The notes below the pieces were generated by a model that searched no databases, was not told where the DNA came from, and saw only the letters and a list, made by a program, of their open reading frames with translations. DNA of 64,000 nucleotides from Treponema sp. GTDB lineage: Bacteria; Spirochaetota; Spirochaetia; Treponematales; Treponemataceae. The position numbers and the translations under genes are program-made. Each line of letters opens with the position of its first letter. Within the stretch, counting starts at the first letter, position 1. This document shows, piece after piece, positions 46,824 to 57,661 of the stretch. The stretch covers positions 7,188 to 71,187 of the forward strand of contig JAKSTJ010000007.1 in assembly GCA_024402635.1 (NCBI GenBank), given 5' to 3'.

Positions 46824-47237
46824 TTATAAAATCATAAATACTGTTCCAGCAGTAATTAAAACACAGCCAGTTAAACTTTTCCAGGTAAAGGATTCGTGTA
46901 AAAAAACAAAAGCCATAATCAAAGTTAAAACTACACTCATTTTATCAATAGGAACAACTTTACTGGCTTCACCCATTTGTAAAGCTTTATAATAACAAAG
47001 CCAACTTAAACCTGTTGCAAGCCCAGATAATATTAAAAATAACCAGCTTCTTTTACTTATTTCTGTAATTCCACCCTGCTGATTTGTAATAAAAACCATA
47101 ACCCAGGACATTACTACAACTACACAAGTTCTAATTGCCGTAGCCAGATTTGAACTAACTCCTTCAATCCCAATTTTTGCCAGAATTGAAGTTAAAGCTG
47201 CAAACACTGAAGATAAAATTGCAAAAACTAACCACAT
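46824..47237 (-). CDS. EamA-family transporter
   Basis: LSGLATGLSWLCYYKAL, VVPIDK. Confidence 0.88.
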   Translation of the reverse strand: MWLVFAILSSVFAALTSILAKIGIEGVSSNLATAIRTCVVVVMSWVMVFITNQQGGITEISKRSWLFLILSGLATGLSWLCYYKALQMGEASKVVPIDKMSVVLTLIMAFVFLHESFTWKSLTGCVLITAGTVFMIL

Positions 47238-47372
47238 ATTCGCCTCAATTCATTGATTATATCATTAATTTGTATCAATGTTTCCTACATAATTTAAATT
47301 ATTCTTAATAAGCCCACAATTCTTATATTAATCATGTTATACTTTTAAACGGACTTTTTAACGGAGGAATAT

Positions 47373-48011
47373 ATGGGAAAAATAATGGAAGCCCTTTTCT
47401 GTGTTTTTTATTTAGTTTTTACAATGATTATTGGAATTAAGATTATTTGTAAAAGTCGTGGAAACAAGGAATTAACACTTTTTGGAATTATGACAATTGT
47501 ACTGGTTAGCGGAGATTCCTTCCATTTAGTACCTCGCATTTTTGCTGCTATTAATCAAACTGGAGATTATGGATTCTGGCTTGGAACAGGAAAACTGATT
47601 ACATCCCTTACAATGACTGTTTTTTATCTTCTGATGTACTTTATTTTTGAAATCCGTTATCAAAAGAAAAATCCGGCATTAAGAATTGCTATGATTGGTC
47701 TGGCAGTTGCTAGAATTGTACTTTGTCTTTTCCCACAGAATGATTGGACTGGTGCTGCTCCTGTAAGTTGGGGCATTTACAGAAATATTCCTTTTACAAT
47801 TATGGGAATTATTATGATTGTTCTCTATTTTATAGAACGAAAAGATAAAGCTTTCCGATGGATGTGGCTTTCAATTACATTAAGTTTTGCTTTTTATCTT
47901 CCAGTAGTTTTATGGGCCAACGTACATGCAATGATAGGAATGCTGATGCTGCCAAAAACCTGTATGTACATCTGGATTGTAATGATGGGCTACAAAGAGA
48001 CTAAAAAATGA
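47373..48011 (+). CDS. Conserved hypothetical membrane protein
   Basis: About 7 TM segments; GDSFHLVPRI, YRNIPF, MLPKT. Confidence 0.75.
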   Translation: MGKIMEALFCVFYLVFTMIIGIKIICKSRGNKELTLFGIMTIVLVSGDSFHLVPRIFAAINQTGDYGFWLGTGKLITSLTMTVFYLLMYFIFEIRYQKKNPALRIAMIGLAVARIVLCLFPQNDWTGAAPVSWGIYRNIPFTIMGIIMIVLYFIERKDKAFRWMWLSITLSFAFYLPVVLWANVHAMIGMLMLPKTCMYIWIVMMGYKETKK

Positions 48012-48700
48012 CAAAAATACAGGAAATTTTATATCAACATCAGGATGAAAAGTACGGCGATTTTCTTTCAAAACTGGTGCCAACTTTACCTAGAGAAAAG
48101 TTTATTGGAATCCGTTCTCCTGAATTCAAGAAAATTATAAAAGAAGTTCATTCTCAGGCAGAAGAGGAAATTGAATCTTTTATGAAAACACTGCCACATC
48201 AATTTCAGGAAGAAAACACTTTGCAGGTTATGCTGATTGGTGAAATAAAAGATTACGATAAATGTTTAGCATCCCTTGAACAATTTTTACCATTTGTAGA
48301 CAATTGGGCAATCAGCGACGGCATTAATCCAAAAGTTTTTAATAAAAATCACAATCAAATAATTAAGAAAATTCCGCAGTGGCTTGAAGATGAAAAACCT
48401 TACACCAAACGGGTTGCCATGCTTTTTTTAATGAAATATTTTCTGAACGAAGATTTTAAACCTGAATATTTATCCTGGGTTGCAAAAATCCGTTCAGAAG
48501 AATATTACGTAAATATGATGACAGCCTGGCTTTTTGCAGAAGCATTAACTAAACAATGGGATGCAGCAATTGAATTTCTTAAAACTCCACAATTGGCTCC
48601 CTGGACACATAACAAAGCAATCCAGAAAGCAAGAGAAAGTTTTAGAATCACTCCTGAACAAAAAGAATATTTAAAAAGCTTAAAAATTAAAACAAAATAG
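48008..48700 (+). CDS. DNA alkylation repair protein (AlkD-like)
   Basis: VDNWAISD, EYYVNMMTAW, WTHNKAIQKARES. Confidence 0.88.
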   Translation: MTKIQEILYQHQDEKYGDFLSKLVPTLPREKFIGIRSPEFKKIIKEVHSQAEEEIESFMKTLPHQFQEENTLQVMLIGEIKDYDKCLASLEQFLPFVDNWAISDGINPKVFNKNHNQIIKKIPQWLEDEKPYTKRVAMLFLMKYFLNEDFKPEYLSWVAKIRSEEYYVNMMTAWLFAEALTKQWDAAIEFLKTPQLAPWTHNKAIQKARESFRITPEQKEYLKSLKIKTK

Positions 48701-48728
48701 AAGCTTTTTTAAAATTAAATACCACGAT

Positions 48729-49421
48729 TTATTGTGTAAGTAAAACAGCACAACCGGCATCACAAGCTTTAACCTGAGCACCAAAAGGCATTGTTTTTTC
48801 ACTAAATGCAGCCTGTCCAGCAAGAACTTTTCTTGAACCAGCCAGCAATTTTTCTACTACATCACTTTTAAGAGGAATTTCTCCGTGGCAGGCTAAAACT
48901 GTATCAAACTTTTCTACTATTCCAGAAAGTTTTTCCAGAGATTTAACATAAAGCTGCAAATCTCTTCCGGGACCAAACATAAAAATCTCGCTGTTCTTCT
49001 GAACTGTATCACCACCAAACAACAATTTAGCTTTCTTATCTAAAACGGCAATACTTCCAGGTGTATGCCCCGGAATATGAATAATTTCTAAAGGTCTGTC
49101 CCCAAGATTAATTTCATCTCCATCTTTTACAGTTTCAATTTTTCCAGAACCACCATTTTCTTTATAATGTCCAGTTTCATCTTCATGCATGCAAATAGTT
49201 TCAAATTGAACATTACTTCCAATATGATCTCTGTCCCCATGAGAATTAATAATTTTCAAGGGCAATTTTGTAATTGATTCTGCAGTTTCTTTTGCTTTAC
49301 AAACCTGCATTCCTGAATCAATCAATAAAGCCTGAGAATTACCGGTCAAAAGAAAAAATCGAACAAATCCTTCTTCAATTATCCATGTGTTTTCGTTGAA
49401 TTGAGTTACTTTATAATCCAT
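48729..49421 (-). CDS. MBL-fold metallo-hydrolase
   Basis: SHGDRDH, PGHTPGS, GGD, CHG. Confidence 0.88.
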   Translation of the reverse strand: MDYKVTQFNENTWIIEEGFVRFFLLTGNSQALLIDSGMQVCKAKETAESITKLPLKIINSHGDRDHIGSNVQFETICMHEDETGHYKENGGSGKIETVKDGDEINLGDRPLEIIHIPGHTPGSIAVLDKKAKLLFGGDTVQKNSEIFMFGPGRDLQLYVKSLEKLSGIVEKFDTVLACHGEIPLKSDVVEKLLAGSRKVLAGQAAFSEKTMPFGAQVKACDAGCAVLLTQ

Positions 49422-49570
49422 TTACTTTTCCTTAGAATTAATTGTATCACACAAAAAGAAATTAGAAGAAAAAGAAAATCCTGATTTTATGATGATTATT
49501 AACTATATTAGGATATAATGATTTTAGAAGCCTTTTGACAATTTTCAAAATCTATTTTAAGGAATAAAAA

Positions 49571-50596
49571 ATGCCATTTAATATTGTTCGAAATGATATT
49601 ACTAAAATGAAAGTTGATGCTATTGTAAATACAGCTAATCCTCACCCAATTGTTGGAGCCGGCACAGATACTGCAGTTTATAAAGCGGCTGGTTTTGAAC
49701 AAATGCTGGAAGAACGTAAAAAAATTGGTGATATTGCAAAAGGAACTTCGGCATATACAAAAGGTTTTAAGCTTCCTGCTAAATATGTAATTCATACAGT
49801 TGGCAACAGCTGGTTTGGAGAAAATGAGAGAGATTTAGAGATTATTCACAATTGTTACAAAAACAGTCTCATAATTGCTCAGCAGCTTAAATGTAAAAGT
49901 GTAGCCTTTCCTCTTCTTTCAACAGGTACATATGGATGCCCAAAAGATATTTCTTTGAAAATTGCCATTGAAGAAATCAGTTCATTTTTATTAAAAAACG
50001 ATATGGATGTTTTCCTTGTTGTTTATGATTTAGAAAGTTTTGAAACTTCCAGCAAACTTTTTTCAGGAGTTCAGGCTTTTATTGATGAAAATTATATTGC
50101 CGAAAATATTGATTCTGAATATTTTGGAAATTATCCTGGCGCAATAAAAGATTCCATTACAAAATCCATTCTTCATGCAGAAGTATGTGCTTCTTTTAGC
50201 GAAAAGATTAAGCCTTTAGAAAGTCTGGATGAATTTCTAAAAAATCAAACTGATAATTTTCAAAATACATTGCAGCATTTTATTGCAGAGAGAAATCTTT
50301 CTAATGCAGAAGTTTATCATAAATCCAATATTGATAAAAAATTATTTTCAAAAATCATCAGTACAAAAAACTATATTCCTAAAAAACGAAATGTATTGGC
50401 TTTCGTAATTGGACTGGAACTTGATCTGGAACATGCGGAACAGCTTTTATCCAGTGCAGGTTATGCTTTTTCAAATGGAGAAAAACTGGATTTAATTGTT
50501 AAATATTTTATTTTGAATAAAAACTATAATATTTTTGAATTAAATCAGGTTTTATTTAAATACAATCTGCCATTGCTTGGAAATACTATAGAATAG
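49571..50596 (+). CDS. Macrodomain protein with C-terminal XRE-like HTH
   Basis: NDITKMKVDAIVNTAN, VIHTVG, AFPLLSTGTYG; EVYHKSNIDKKLFSKI. Confidence 0.88.
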   Translation: MPFNIVRNDITKMKVDAIVNTANPHPIVGAGTDTAVYKAAGFEQMLEERKKIGDIAKGTSAYTKGFKLPAKYVIHTVGNSWFGENERDLEIIHNCYKNSLIIAQQLKCKSVAFPLLSTGTYGCPKDISLKIAIEEISSFLLKNDMDVFLVVYDLESFETSSKLFSGVQAFIDENYIAENIDSEYFGNYPGAIKDSITKSILHAEVCASFSEKIKPLESLDEFLKNQTDNFQNTLQHFIAERNLSNAEVYHKSNIDKKLFSKIISTKNYIPKKRNVLAFVIGLELDLEHAEQLLSSAGYAFSNGEKLDLIVKYFILNKNYNIFELNQVLFKYNLPLLGNTIE

Positions 50597-50679
50597 AATC
50601 AGTCACTTTTTATGCGACCATTTTACAACTGTAAGTCACTATACTCAAAGTACAAATTAATTAAAAAGGAGTATTTTTT

Positions 50680-51486
50680 ATGTATGGAGCAATTTTAGGT
50701 GACATTATTGGACAACCTTACGAGTTTTCAAGAGGATACAAATCAAAGGAATTTCCTTTATTCAGTCCAAATCCTTGTTTTACAGATGATACAGTTATGA
50801 CAATTGCAGTATGCGACGGTATTCTTAAAGCAGGATTAGATGCAGACGAAAATACAATGAAAACTGCAATTATTACTTCAATGCAATTATGGGGACATAA
50901 ATATCCAAACGCAGGTTATGGCGGAAAATTTTACTTTTGGCTTGCATCTGAAAATACAAAACCTTACAACAGCTGGGGAAATGGTTCTGCCATGAGAGTT
51001 TCTTCTGTCGGGTGGTTGTTTGATACTCTGGAAAGAACCCGACAGGTTGCCAGATGGACTGCAGAAGTTACCCATAATCATCCGGAAGGTATAAAAGGTG
51101 CCGAAGCTCCTGCCTCTGTAATCTGGATGGCAAGAAACGGTTATTCAAAAGAAGAAATAAAATCTTACGTTGTAAAAGAATTTGGTTATGATTTAAGTCG
51201 AACTTGTGATCAGATTCGTCCTGATTATTATCATGTTGAAAGTTGTCAGGAAACTGTTCCAGAAGCAATTACTGCCTTTTTGGAAGGAAATTCTTTTGAA
51301 GATGTAATCAGAACTGCAGTAAGCCTTGGAGGAGATTGTGATACTCTTACAGATATTGCAGCAGGAATGGGAGAAGCTTTTTACGGATTGCCAATGGATT
51401 TTAAGTTAAAATGTCTGGAATATACAGAACCAGATATGCACAAAATTATGGAAAGATTTGATTCTGTTGCCATTCCAAGAAAATAA
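50680..51486 (+). CDS. ADP-ribosylglycohydrolase
   Basis: GAILGD, FTDDT, GNGSAMR, THNH, GGDCDT. Confidence 0.92.
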   Translation: MYGAILGDIIGQPYEFSRGYKSKEFPLFSPNPCFTDDTVMTIAVCDGILKAGLDADENTMKTAIITSMQLWGHKYPNAGYGGKFYFWLASENTKPYNSWGNGSAMRVSSVGWLFDTLERTRQVARWTAEVTHNHPEGIKGAEAPASVIWMARNGYSKEEIKSYVVKEFGYDLSRTCDQIRPDYYHVESCQETVPEAITAFLEGNSFEDVIRTAVSLGGDCDTLTDIAAGMGEAFYGLPMDFKLKCLEYTEPDMHKIMERFDSVAIPRK

Positions 51487-51509
51487 TCTGCAGTTTATAA
51501 ATGATGATT

Positions 51510-52100
51510 TTATAAATCCATTAAAACTGCACGACAAGGAGAACCGTCTGTATCTGTAAGATTAAGAGGAGCACAATTCAACATATATGCTCCATCAGAT
51601 ACAGATGCAAGTCTTATTCCTTCCAGAAGAACAACTTCAGCACCAAGTAAAACAAGATGAACTGCCATTGGCCCTTCCATTGGTCCTACAGTCTGAGATT
51701 CATTTCCAACTAAATCAACTTTTGCTTTTGCAAGAACTTTTGCGGCTTCCAAAGTAACTACAGCATCACCACGAATCAAAATTCTTTTTTCTGAGCCTTT
51801 GTAAGATGATGCTGCAGTTTTAAGAATCTGTTCTGCATCTTCTGCAGTTACATCTCCATTATGAGTTGAAACATATGCAGGACCAATAAATTTTTCAAGA
51901 GAAACTTTGTCTATTCCCTTTCCTTCATTTACAAAATGATATGGTGCATCAACATGAGTTCCATTATGAGCACACATTGAAAAAGCCGTAAGATTACACA
52001 TATCACCGTTTTCAATTCTTTGTAATACTTTTTTTTCCGGTTGAGAATCCCCAGGAAAAACCGCACATTCAAAAAGTGGTTGTGTAATGTCGTAAATCAT
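51510..52100 (-). CDS. Cyclase family protein (kynurenine formamidase-like)
   Basis: HNGTHVDAPYH, DGSPCRA. Confidence 0.88.
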   Translation of the reverse strand: MIYDITQPLFECAVFPGDSQPEKKVLQRIENGDMCNLTAFSMCAHNGTHVDAPYHFVNEGKGIDKVSLEKFIGPAYVSTHNGDVTAEDAEQILKTAASSYKGSEKRILIRGDAVVTLEAAKVLAKAKVDLVGNESQTVGPMEGPMAVHLVLLGAEVVLLEGIRLASVSDGAYMLNCAPLNLTDTDGSPCRAVLMDL

Positions 52101-52181
52101 TTTATAACCTCAAAAAAATTATTTAAAAAAAAACTGATCCATCTAAAAAGACAGACCAGTTTGTAAAATCATTTTTCTTTA

Positions 52182-52748
52182 TTACAGATCGAGAGTTATA
52201 CCAATTCTTGGAATAATTGCATAAACATCTTTTTGTCCAGAATATTCAGGATTTTCAAAATTAAATAAATACATATAATAATCAAACTGAACACCAGCAG
52301 ATAAACCAATAAATCCCATCAATTTATAAGTAAATAATAAATCACAAGATGGTCCAACATACATGTAAAGGGACGAAGCTGAAGGACAAGTCTGGAAAGC
52401 AACTCCTGGTGTAAGAATTAAAGAATACTGATCAGAATCCATAACTTTAATTGCAGCACCCATTGATAAATCTAAGTACATTGGTTCAGAACTGTTTGCA
52501 TCTGCTACTACACCTGTTTCAAGATTTGTTCCTCTTAACATTTTCCAATAACCAAGTCCTGCACCAAAACCAATTGTATCTGAGTTGAAAGTTGAAATGT
52601 GAATATCTCCACTCATGTAATCAAATCTTACATTACTTTTGCTGTGTGTTTCAAATGGTAAGCTGATTCCAAGATTAATTACATTTTCTGCAAATGCTCC
52701 TGTACATAAAACAAAAAGCATTGAAAGAACTGATAAAACTTTTTTCAT
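52182..52748 (-). CDS. Secreted, probable outer-membrane beta-barrel protein
   Basis: Signal peptide (AFA), alternating beta-strand pattern, C-terminal IIPRIGITLDL. Confidence 0.55.
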   Translation of the reverse strand: MKKVLSVLSMLFVLCTGAFAENVINLGISLPFETHSKSNVRFDYMSGDIHISTFNSDTIGFGAGLGYWKMLRGTNLETGVVADANSSEPMYLDLSMGAAIKVMDSDQYSLILTPGVAFQTCPSASSLYMYVGPSCDLLFTYKLMGFIGLSAGVQFDYYMYLFNFENPEYSGQKDVYAIIPRIGITLDL

Positions 52749-52834
52749 TTATCCTCTCCTTTTTATTATTAAAACTAAAAAAATAATTGTATTTAGTACT
52801 CTACATTAAAATTGATAGTATTTCTAGTATTACA

Positions 52835-53353
52835 TTATTCTACTTTTACAAAAGCATCTAAAGGTTTACTTCCTTCATGACCTGGAGCTGGAACTGAATC
52901 TTCATCCGGATAACCCATTACCAGCAATGCAGTTGTTTCAACATTATCTGGAATATTAAAGGCTTTTTTTAATTCTTCAGGACGATAATGCATTACCCAG
53001 CAGGATCCAATTCCTAATTCCCAGGCTTCCAGCATCATATGAGTTGTTACGATTGAAGCATCAATATCTCCGCTTAATTTTCCATCATAAGGACGATGCC
53101 AGCATTCATCTTTATCAAAACTGATAATAAAAATTAATGGTGCATTAAAATGACAGCGGGTACATTCATAAAGTTTTGCCAATGCTTCTTTACTTTTTAC
53201 AACTGTAATTCTCTGTGGCTGATTATTACATCCTGTTGGTGCAATTCTGGCAGCTTCCAGAATTTTATCAATACATTCCTGTGGTACAGGTTCCTGCTTG
53301 AATTTTCTAACTGAATAACGTGATTTTGCTAATTCCAAAAAATCTGATTTCAT
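52835..53353 (-). CDS. Nitroreductase family protein
   Basis: RYSVRKF, APTGCNNQP, LGIGSCW. Confidence 0.92.
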   Translation of the reverse strand: MKSDFLELAKSRYSVRKFKQEPVPQECIDKILEAARIAPTGCNNQPQRITVVKSKEALAKLYECTRCHFNAPLIFIISFDKDECWHRPYDGKLSGDIDASIVTTHMMLEAWELGIGSCWVMHYRPEELKKAFNIPDNVETTALLVMGYPDEDSVPAPGHEGSKPLDAFVKVE

Positions 53354-53368
53354 AAATTCCTCTTTTAT

Positions 53369-54137
53369 TTACGCTTTTATTACTACTGGAGAATTTCTAT
53401 GACTTGTTCTGCGATATTTTACTGCAGGATATCCAATTACCAGAGTTGTTACAGGTTTTAATTTCTTGCTGATTCCAATAATCTTTCTGATTTTACCGCT
53501 CATTTTAAGACTCATTGTAAAAAATCCGCTGAACAATACTCCAAGTCCATTTGCTTCTGCCATAAAAGCCATATTTTCTGCCGCAAGGGAAGCACTTACT
53601 TTATCATTTCCCATTACAACAATAACAATTGGTGCTCCTTTAAAGAAGAAATTATCATCAATCTTCATTGATTTTAACTGAGGAATAAATGCTTTTCCTG
53701 CTCCAAATAGTTTTCTGATTTTTTTTTACAGCAACCGCTTCACATTCTTTTTTCTTTTCATCAAGAATAATATAACTTGTTCCCTGAGAATTAGTTCCTG
53801 TAGGAGCAAGTCTTCCTGCTTCAATAATTAAATCAATAACATTCTGTGGAATTTTTTCTTCTGTAAACTGACGGATTGTTCTTCTTGTTTTAATAGCTTT
53901 TAGTAATTCTTCAGGATTTAATCTGGTCTGTTCAGAAAATTCTTCAACTTCATCTTCATAACCAGTCAATTTAACTGCATTATTTGGACAAATTGCTTCA
54001 CAATGGCCACATTTAATACAGCTGGCACCTTTTGCAAAAGCTTTTCCATTTTCTATAGCAATATCAAATCCAACACAATCTTTTACACAAAGACCACAAC
54101 CTGTACATTTTTCTGAGTCAATAATTACCTTGTTCAT
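53369..54137 (-). pseudogene. Ferredoxin-nitroreductase fusion, frameshifted at an A9 tract
   Basis: Two CxxCxxC motifs plus RRTIRQF in the first ORF; nitroreductase C-terminus in the second. Removing one A at 53719-53727 joins them. Confidence 0.85.
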
Positions 54138-54150
54138 TTTTGAACCTTTC

Positions 54151-55113
54151 TTAAAATTTAAAATCTTTTAAATTATCCAAAGTAATAACATAGTCGCTGT
54201 TATACAATTTTCTAAGTGCATCAAAACTATTATTATCTTCTGTTAATGTAAATTCTTTACTCCAGGTCATATACCAGAGCCAGTCAGCCTTATCTTTTTT
54301 AAGAGCATCTGGATCTGGAATTATACCGGTTTCTGCCAAAGCTGTTCCTTTATTTAATGATGTTATACTTTTAAGTTCCTCCAGTTTATCTTTAAAAGAT
54401 CCATGGCAATGAGGAGCCGGATACAAATCTCTGGAAATAATATCGCAATATTCATCACTAACATAACCTTCAGCACGGGGATTGTTCCATACCCAGATAA
54501 GATTATCAAGATGATGATACTGTGTGTAATATTTGAACATAAACTGAAAAAGTTTTCTGGCAACATCCATTCCTTTTGCACCCCACCAGAACCAGATTCC
54601 GTCTGATTCATGAAATGGACGCCACAAAATTGGAATATGCTTTTTACAGAATGGTTCAAGAATTTTTGCCATATGATCTAAATCACTTTTCATGGCTTTA
54701 TTTTCTGCTGTTCCTTCAATCAATGCTTTTTCGGCATCAAAATCAGTGTGTTCAGCATAGAAGGCTTTATCATTTCCGCCAAGTGGAGAAAACCAATGCC
54801 AGGTAAAAGTTAAAATTCCACCTTTTTCAGCCCAATCCATTGCTTTTTCCAAACTGTTCCGATTTTCTTCAACTTCAGTTATACAAGCTTCACTGGCACC
54901 TTCCAGTACAATGTTTGGTGAATAAGATAAAAGTTCAAATCCACAAATTGCAGGATATTTTCCAGTTTCTCTTTTAACTAATTCCAGTTCTTCCTGTTTT
55001 ACAGTTTGCGTATGCTGCCCGGTTAAAATTGCTTTTCCTTCAATTTTATTTAAAAATTCCAGCAATTGTTTTACTTCTGACTGAGCATTTGGATTTACCG
55101 GCTTTGTAATCAT
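54151..55113 (-). CDS. Glycoside hydrolase family 26 (beta-mannanase-like)
   Basis: TWHW, WRPFHESDGIWFWWG, NLIWVW, LAETG, WYMTW. Confidence 0.9.
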   Translation of the reverse strand: MITKPVNPNAQSEVKQLLEFLNKIEGKAILTGQHTQTVKQEELELVKRETGKYPAICGFELLSYSPNIVLEGASEACITEVEENRNSLEKAMDWAEKGGILTFTWHWFSPLGGNDKAFYAEHTDFDAEKALIEGTAENKAMKSDLDHMAKILEPFCKKHIPILWRPFHESDGIWFWWGAKGMDVARKLFQFMFKYYTQYHHLDNLIWVWNNPRAEGYVSDEYCDIISRDLYPAPHCHGSFKDKLEELKSITSLNKGTALAETGIIPDPDALKKDKADWLWYMTWSKEFTLTEDNNSFDALRKLYNSDYVITLDNLKDFKF

Positions 55114-55135
55114 AAAATTCCTCTTTTTAAGATGA

Positions 55136-57658
55136 TTATTCTACACCAAGAACTTTATATCCAGCCCCTTCAACTGCTTTTGTTAAATCTTCAGAAGAAA
55201 CATCAGATGCTAATTCTACAATTGCAGTTCCTTTTTCGTGACTGGCTGTTGCTGTTGAAACTCCACCAAGAGCTTCCAGTGCAGATTTTACGTGAGCTTC
55301 GCAATGTGGGCACATCATTCCTTCAATTTTAATTGTTTTTGTCATTTTTTTCTCCTTAATAATTTCTATTTTTTTGTTATTTTTGTTTTCTTTTAAATTT
55401 TTTTTGGATTTTAATTTTACAAAGTTCAATCTTAAAGCATTAGTAACAACACAAACGCTGGAAAGACTCATTGCTGCAGCCCCGAACATTGGATTTAATT
55501 CCCATCCAAACAATTTTATATAAACCCCTGCCGCTAAAGGAATTCCAATGATATTGTAAATAAACGCCCAGAAAAGATTTTCTTTTATATTTTTCAATGT
55601 TTTTCTGCTTAACTTAATGGCATTTACAACATCCATCAAACTGTTATCCATAACAACAATTTCTGCCGCATCAATTGCAACATCTGTTCCGCTGCCAATT
55701 GCAATTCCAACATGGGCCGCTGTAAGTGCAGGAGCATCATTTATTCCATCACCAACCATTGTTACAATATTATTTTCATTTTTAAGTTCCCTGATTTTGC
55801 TTTCTTTTTCATCTGGCAAAACCTGGGCAATTACTTTTTCAATTCCGGCTTTTTTTGCAATAGCTTCAGCTGTTTTTTGATTGTCACCAGTAAGCATTAT
55901 GGTTTCTATACCCATTTTATTTAATTCACAAATTGCTTCTGCTGAATCTTCTTTTATTTCGTCAGATACAACAATCACTCCTGCAAATTTATTGTTGCAG
56001 CTAAAATAAATTGGAGTTAATCCCTGGACTGCCATTTGTGAATATTTTTCTTTATCTTCTTCGGAAATTTTTACCTGTGATGAAATAAAATCGTAATTTC
56101 CTCCAAGTAAAATTTCTCCATTTTTACTGACAGCTTTTACACCACGACCAGAAACTGCTTCAAAATTTTCAACTTCATCTGCAGATAAACCTTTTTCTTC
56201 TCCCGCTTCCACAATTGCTTTTGAAAGAGGATGTTCTGATTTTTTTTCAAGATTAAGTGCCAGTTTTAAAAGTTTTTCTTCATCATAATCCGACTGAGGA
56301 AATATTCCGCTTACAACAGGTTTTCCTTTAGTGATGGTACCAGTTTTGTCTAAAACCACAATTTTTGTTTTTCCAGTTAATTCCAGACTTTGAGCAGTTT
56401 TAAATAAAATACCGTTTTTTGCACCAACTCCGTTTCCCACCATAATTGCAACTGGAGTAGCAAGTCCCAATGCACAAGGACAACTGATTACTAAAACCGA
56501 AATTCCTCTGGCCAAAGCAAAACCAATATTTTGACCAAGACACAACCAGACAATTGTTGTAACAACTGCAATAGAAATTACAACAGGAACGAAAATTCCA
56601 GAAACTTTATCTGCAATTTTTGCAATTGGTGCTTTTGTTGCAGATGCATCACTTACCATCTGAATTATTTTAGAAAGAGTTGTTTCTTCTCCAACATAAG
56701 TTGCCTTACATTTTAAAAATCCCGATTGATTTACAGTTCCGGCAGAAACTTTTGAACCAGACATTTTATCAACGGGAATACTTTCTCCTGTTAATGATGA
56801 TTCATTTACTGCACTGTCCCCTTCCAATACAATTCCATCAACAGGAATCGACATTCCAGGACGAACTATAAAAATATCATCTTTTTTTACATCTTCAACA
56901 GGAACTTCAATTTCTTCATTATTTTTTAGAATAATTGCAGTTTTTGGAGAAAGTTCCATTAAAGCTTTTAATGCATTTGTTGTCTTCCCTTTTGATTTTG
57001 CTTCTAAAGTTTTTCCAACTGTAATCAAAGCTAAAATCATTACCGCAGATTCAAAATAAAGCTGCATCATAAGATTCATGGATTTTTCAGAATTATTGAT
57101 TATTGAAGAATCTGTCATTTGAAAAAGAATGAAAGTACTCCACAAAAATGAAATTCCAGAACCTAAAGCTACCAGACTATCCATATTTGGAGAACCATGA
57201 ATCATTCCTTTAAAACCATTAATAAAAAACCGTTGATTAATTATCATTACAATAAAGGCCAGAATCATCTGAACTAAAGCAATTGCAATGTGATTATGAA
57301 CAAAAAAAGAAGGAACCGGCAGTCCCAGCATTGAATGTCCCATTGAAAAATACATAAGGACTAAAACAAAAAATACTGACCACCATAACCGTTTACGTAA
57401 AGAAGATAATTCTTTGGAAATGTCAGAAGATTTATCTGTGTTTTTTGAAGATTTTTGATTTTTTACAGAAGATGCACCATAACCAGCATCAATTACAGCC
57501 TTAATAATTAATTCATCGGAAGCAGAACCTTCTACCCCCATAGAATTAGTTAAAAGGCTGACACTACAACTGGTAACACCTTCAACATTTGAAACAGCTT
57601 TTTCAACTCTTGCTGAACAGGCTGCACAACTCATTCCAGTAACATTAAATTTTCTCAT
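55136..57658 (-). CDS. copA: Cu(I)-translocating P1B ATPase
   Basis: GMSCAAC, TGES, CPCALG, DKTGT, GDGIND, YN and MSLSS motifs; C-terminal HMA domain. Confidence 0.93.
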   Translation of the reverse strand: MRKFNVTGMSCAACSARVEKAVSNVEGVTSCSVSLLTNSMGVEGSASDELIIKAVIDAGYGASSVKNQKSSKNTDKSSDISKELSSLRKRLWWSVFFVLVLMYFSMGHSMLGLPVPSFFVHNHIAIALVQMILAFIVMIINQRFFINGFKGMIHGSPNMDSLVALGSGISFLWSTFILFQMTDSSIINNSEKSMNLMMQLYFESAVMILALITVGKTLEAKSKGKTTNALKALMELSPKTAIILKNNEEIEVPVEDVKKDDIFIVRPGMSIPVDGIVLEGDSAVNESSLTGESIPVDKMSGSKVSAGTVNQSGFLKCKATYVGEETTLSKIIQMVSDASATKAPIAKIADKVSGIFVPVVISIAVVTTIVWLCLGQNIGFALARGISVLVISCPCALGLATPVAIMVGNGVGAKNGILFKTAQSLELTGKTKIVVLDKTGTITKGKPVVSGIFPQSDYDEEKLLKLALNLEKKSEHPLSKAIVEAGEEKGLSADEVENFEAVSGRGVKAVSKNGEILLGGNYDFISSQVKISEEDKEKYSQMAVQGLTPIYFSCNNKFAGVIVVSDEIKEDSAEAICELNKMGIETIMLTGDNQKTAEAIAKKAGIEKVIAQVLPDEKESKIRELKNENNIVTMVGDGINDAPALTAAHVGIAIGSGTDVAIDAAEIVVMDNSLMDVVNAIKLSRKTLKNIKENLFWAFIYNIIGIPLAAGVYIKLFGWELNPMFGAAAMSLSSVCVVTNALRLNFVKLKSKKNLKENKNNKKIEIIKEKKMTKTIKIEGMMCPHCEAHVKSALEALGGVSTATASHEKGTAIVELASDVSSEDLTKAVEGAGYKVLGVE

Positions 57659-57661
57659 AAA

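Noticed and set aside
50614-50645. Target promoter of the long ECF sigmas (GCGACC-N17-CACTATACT)
   Set aside because: The spacer is 17 rather than 16 and both boxes are mismatched; better explained by a sigma70 -10 plus the macro-HTH palindrome.
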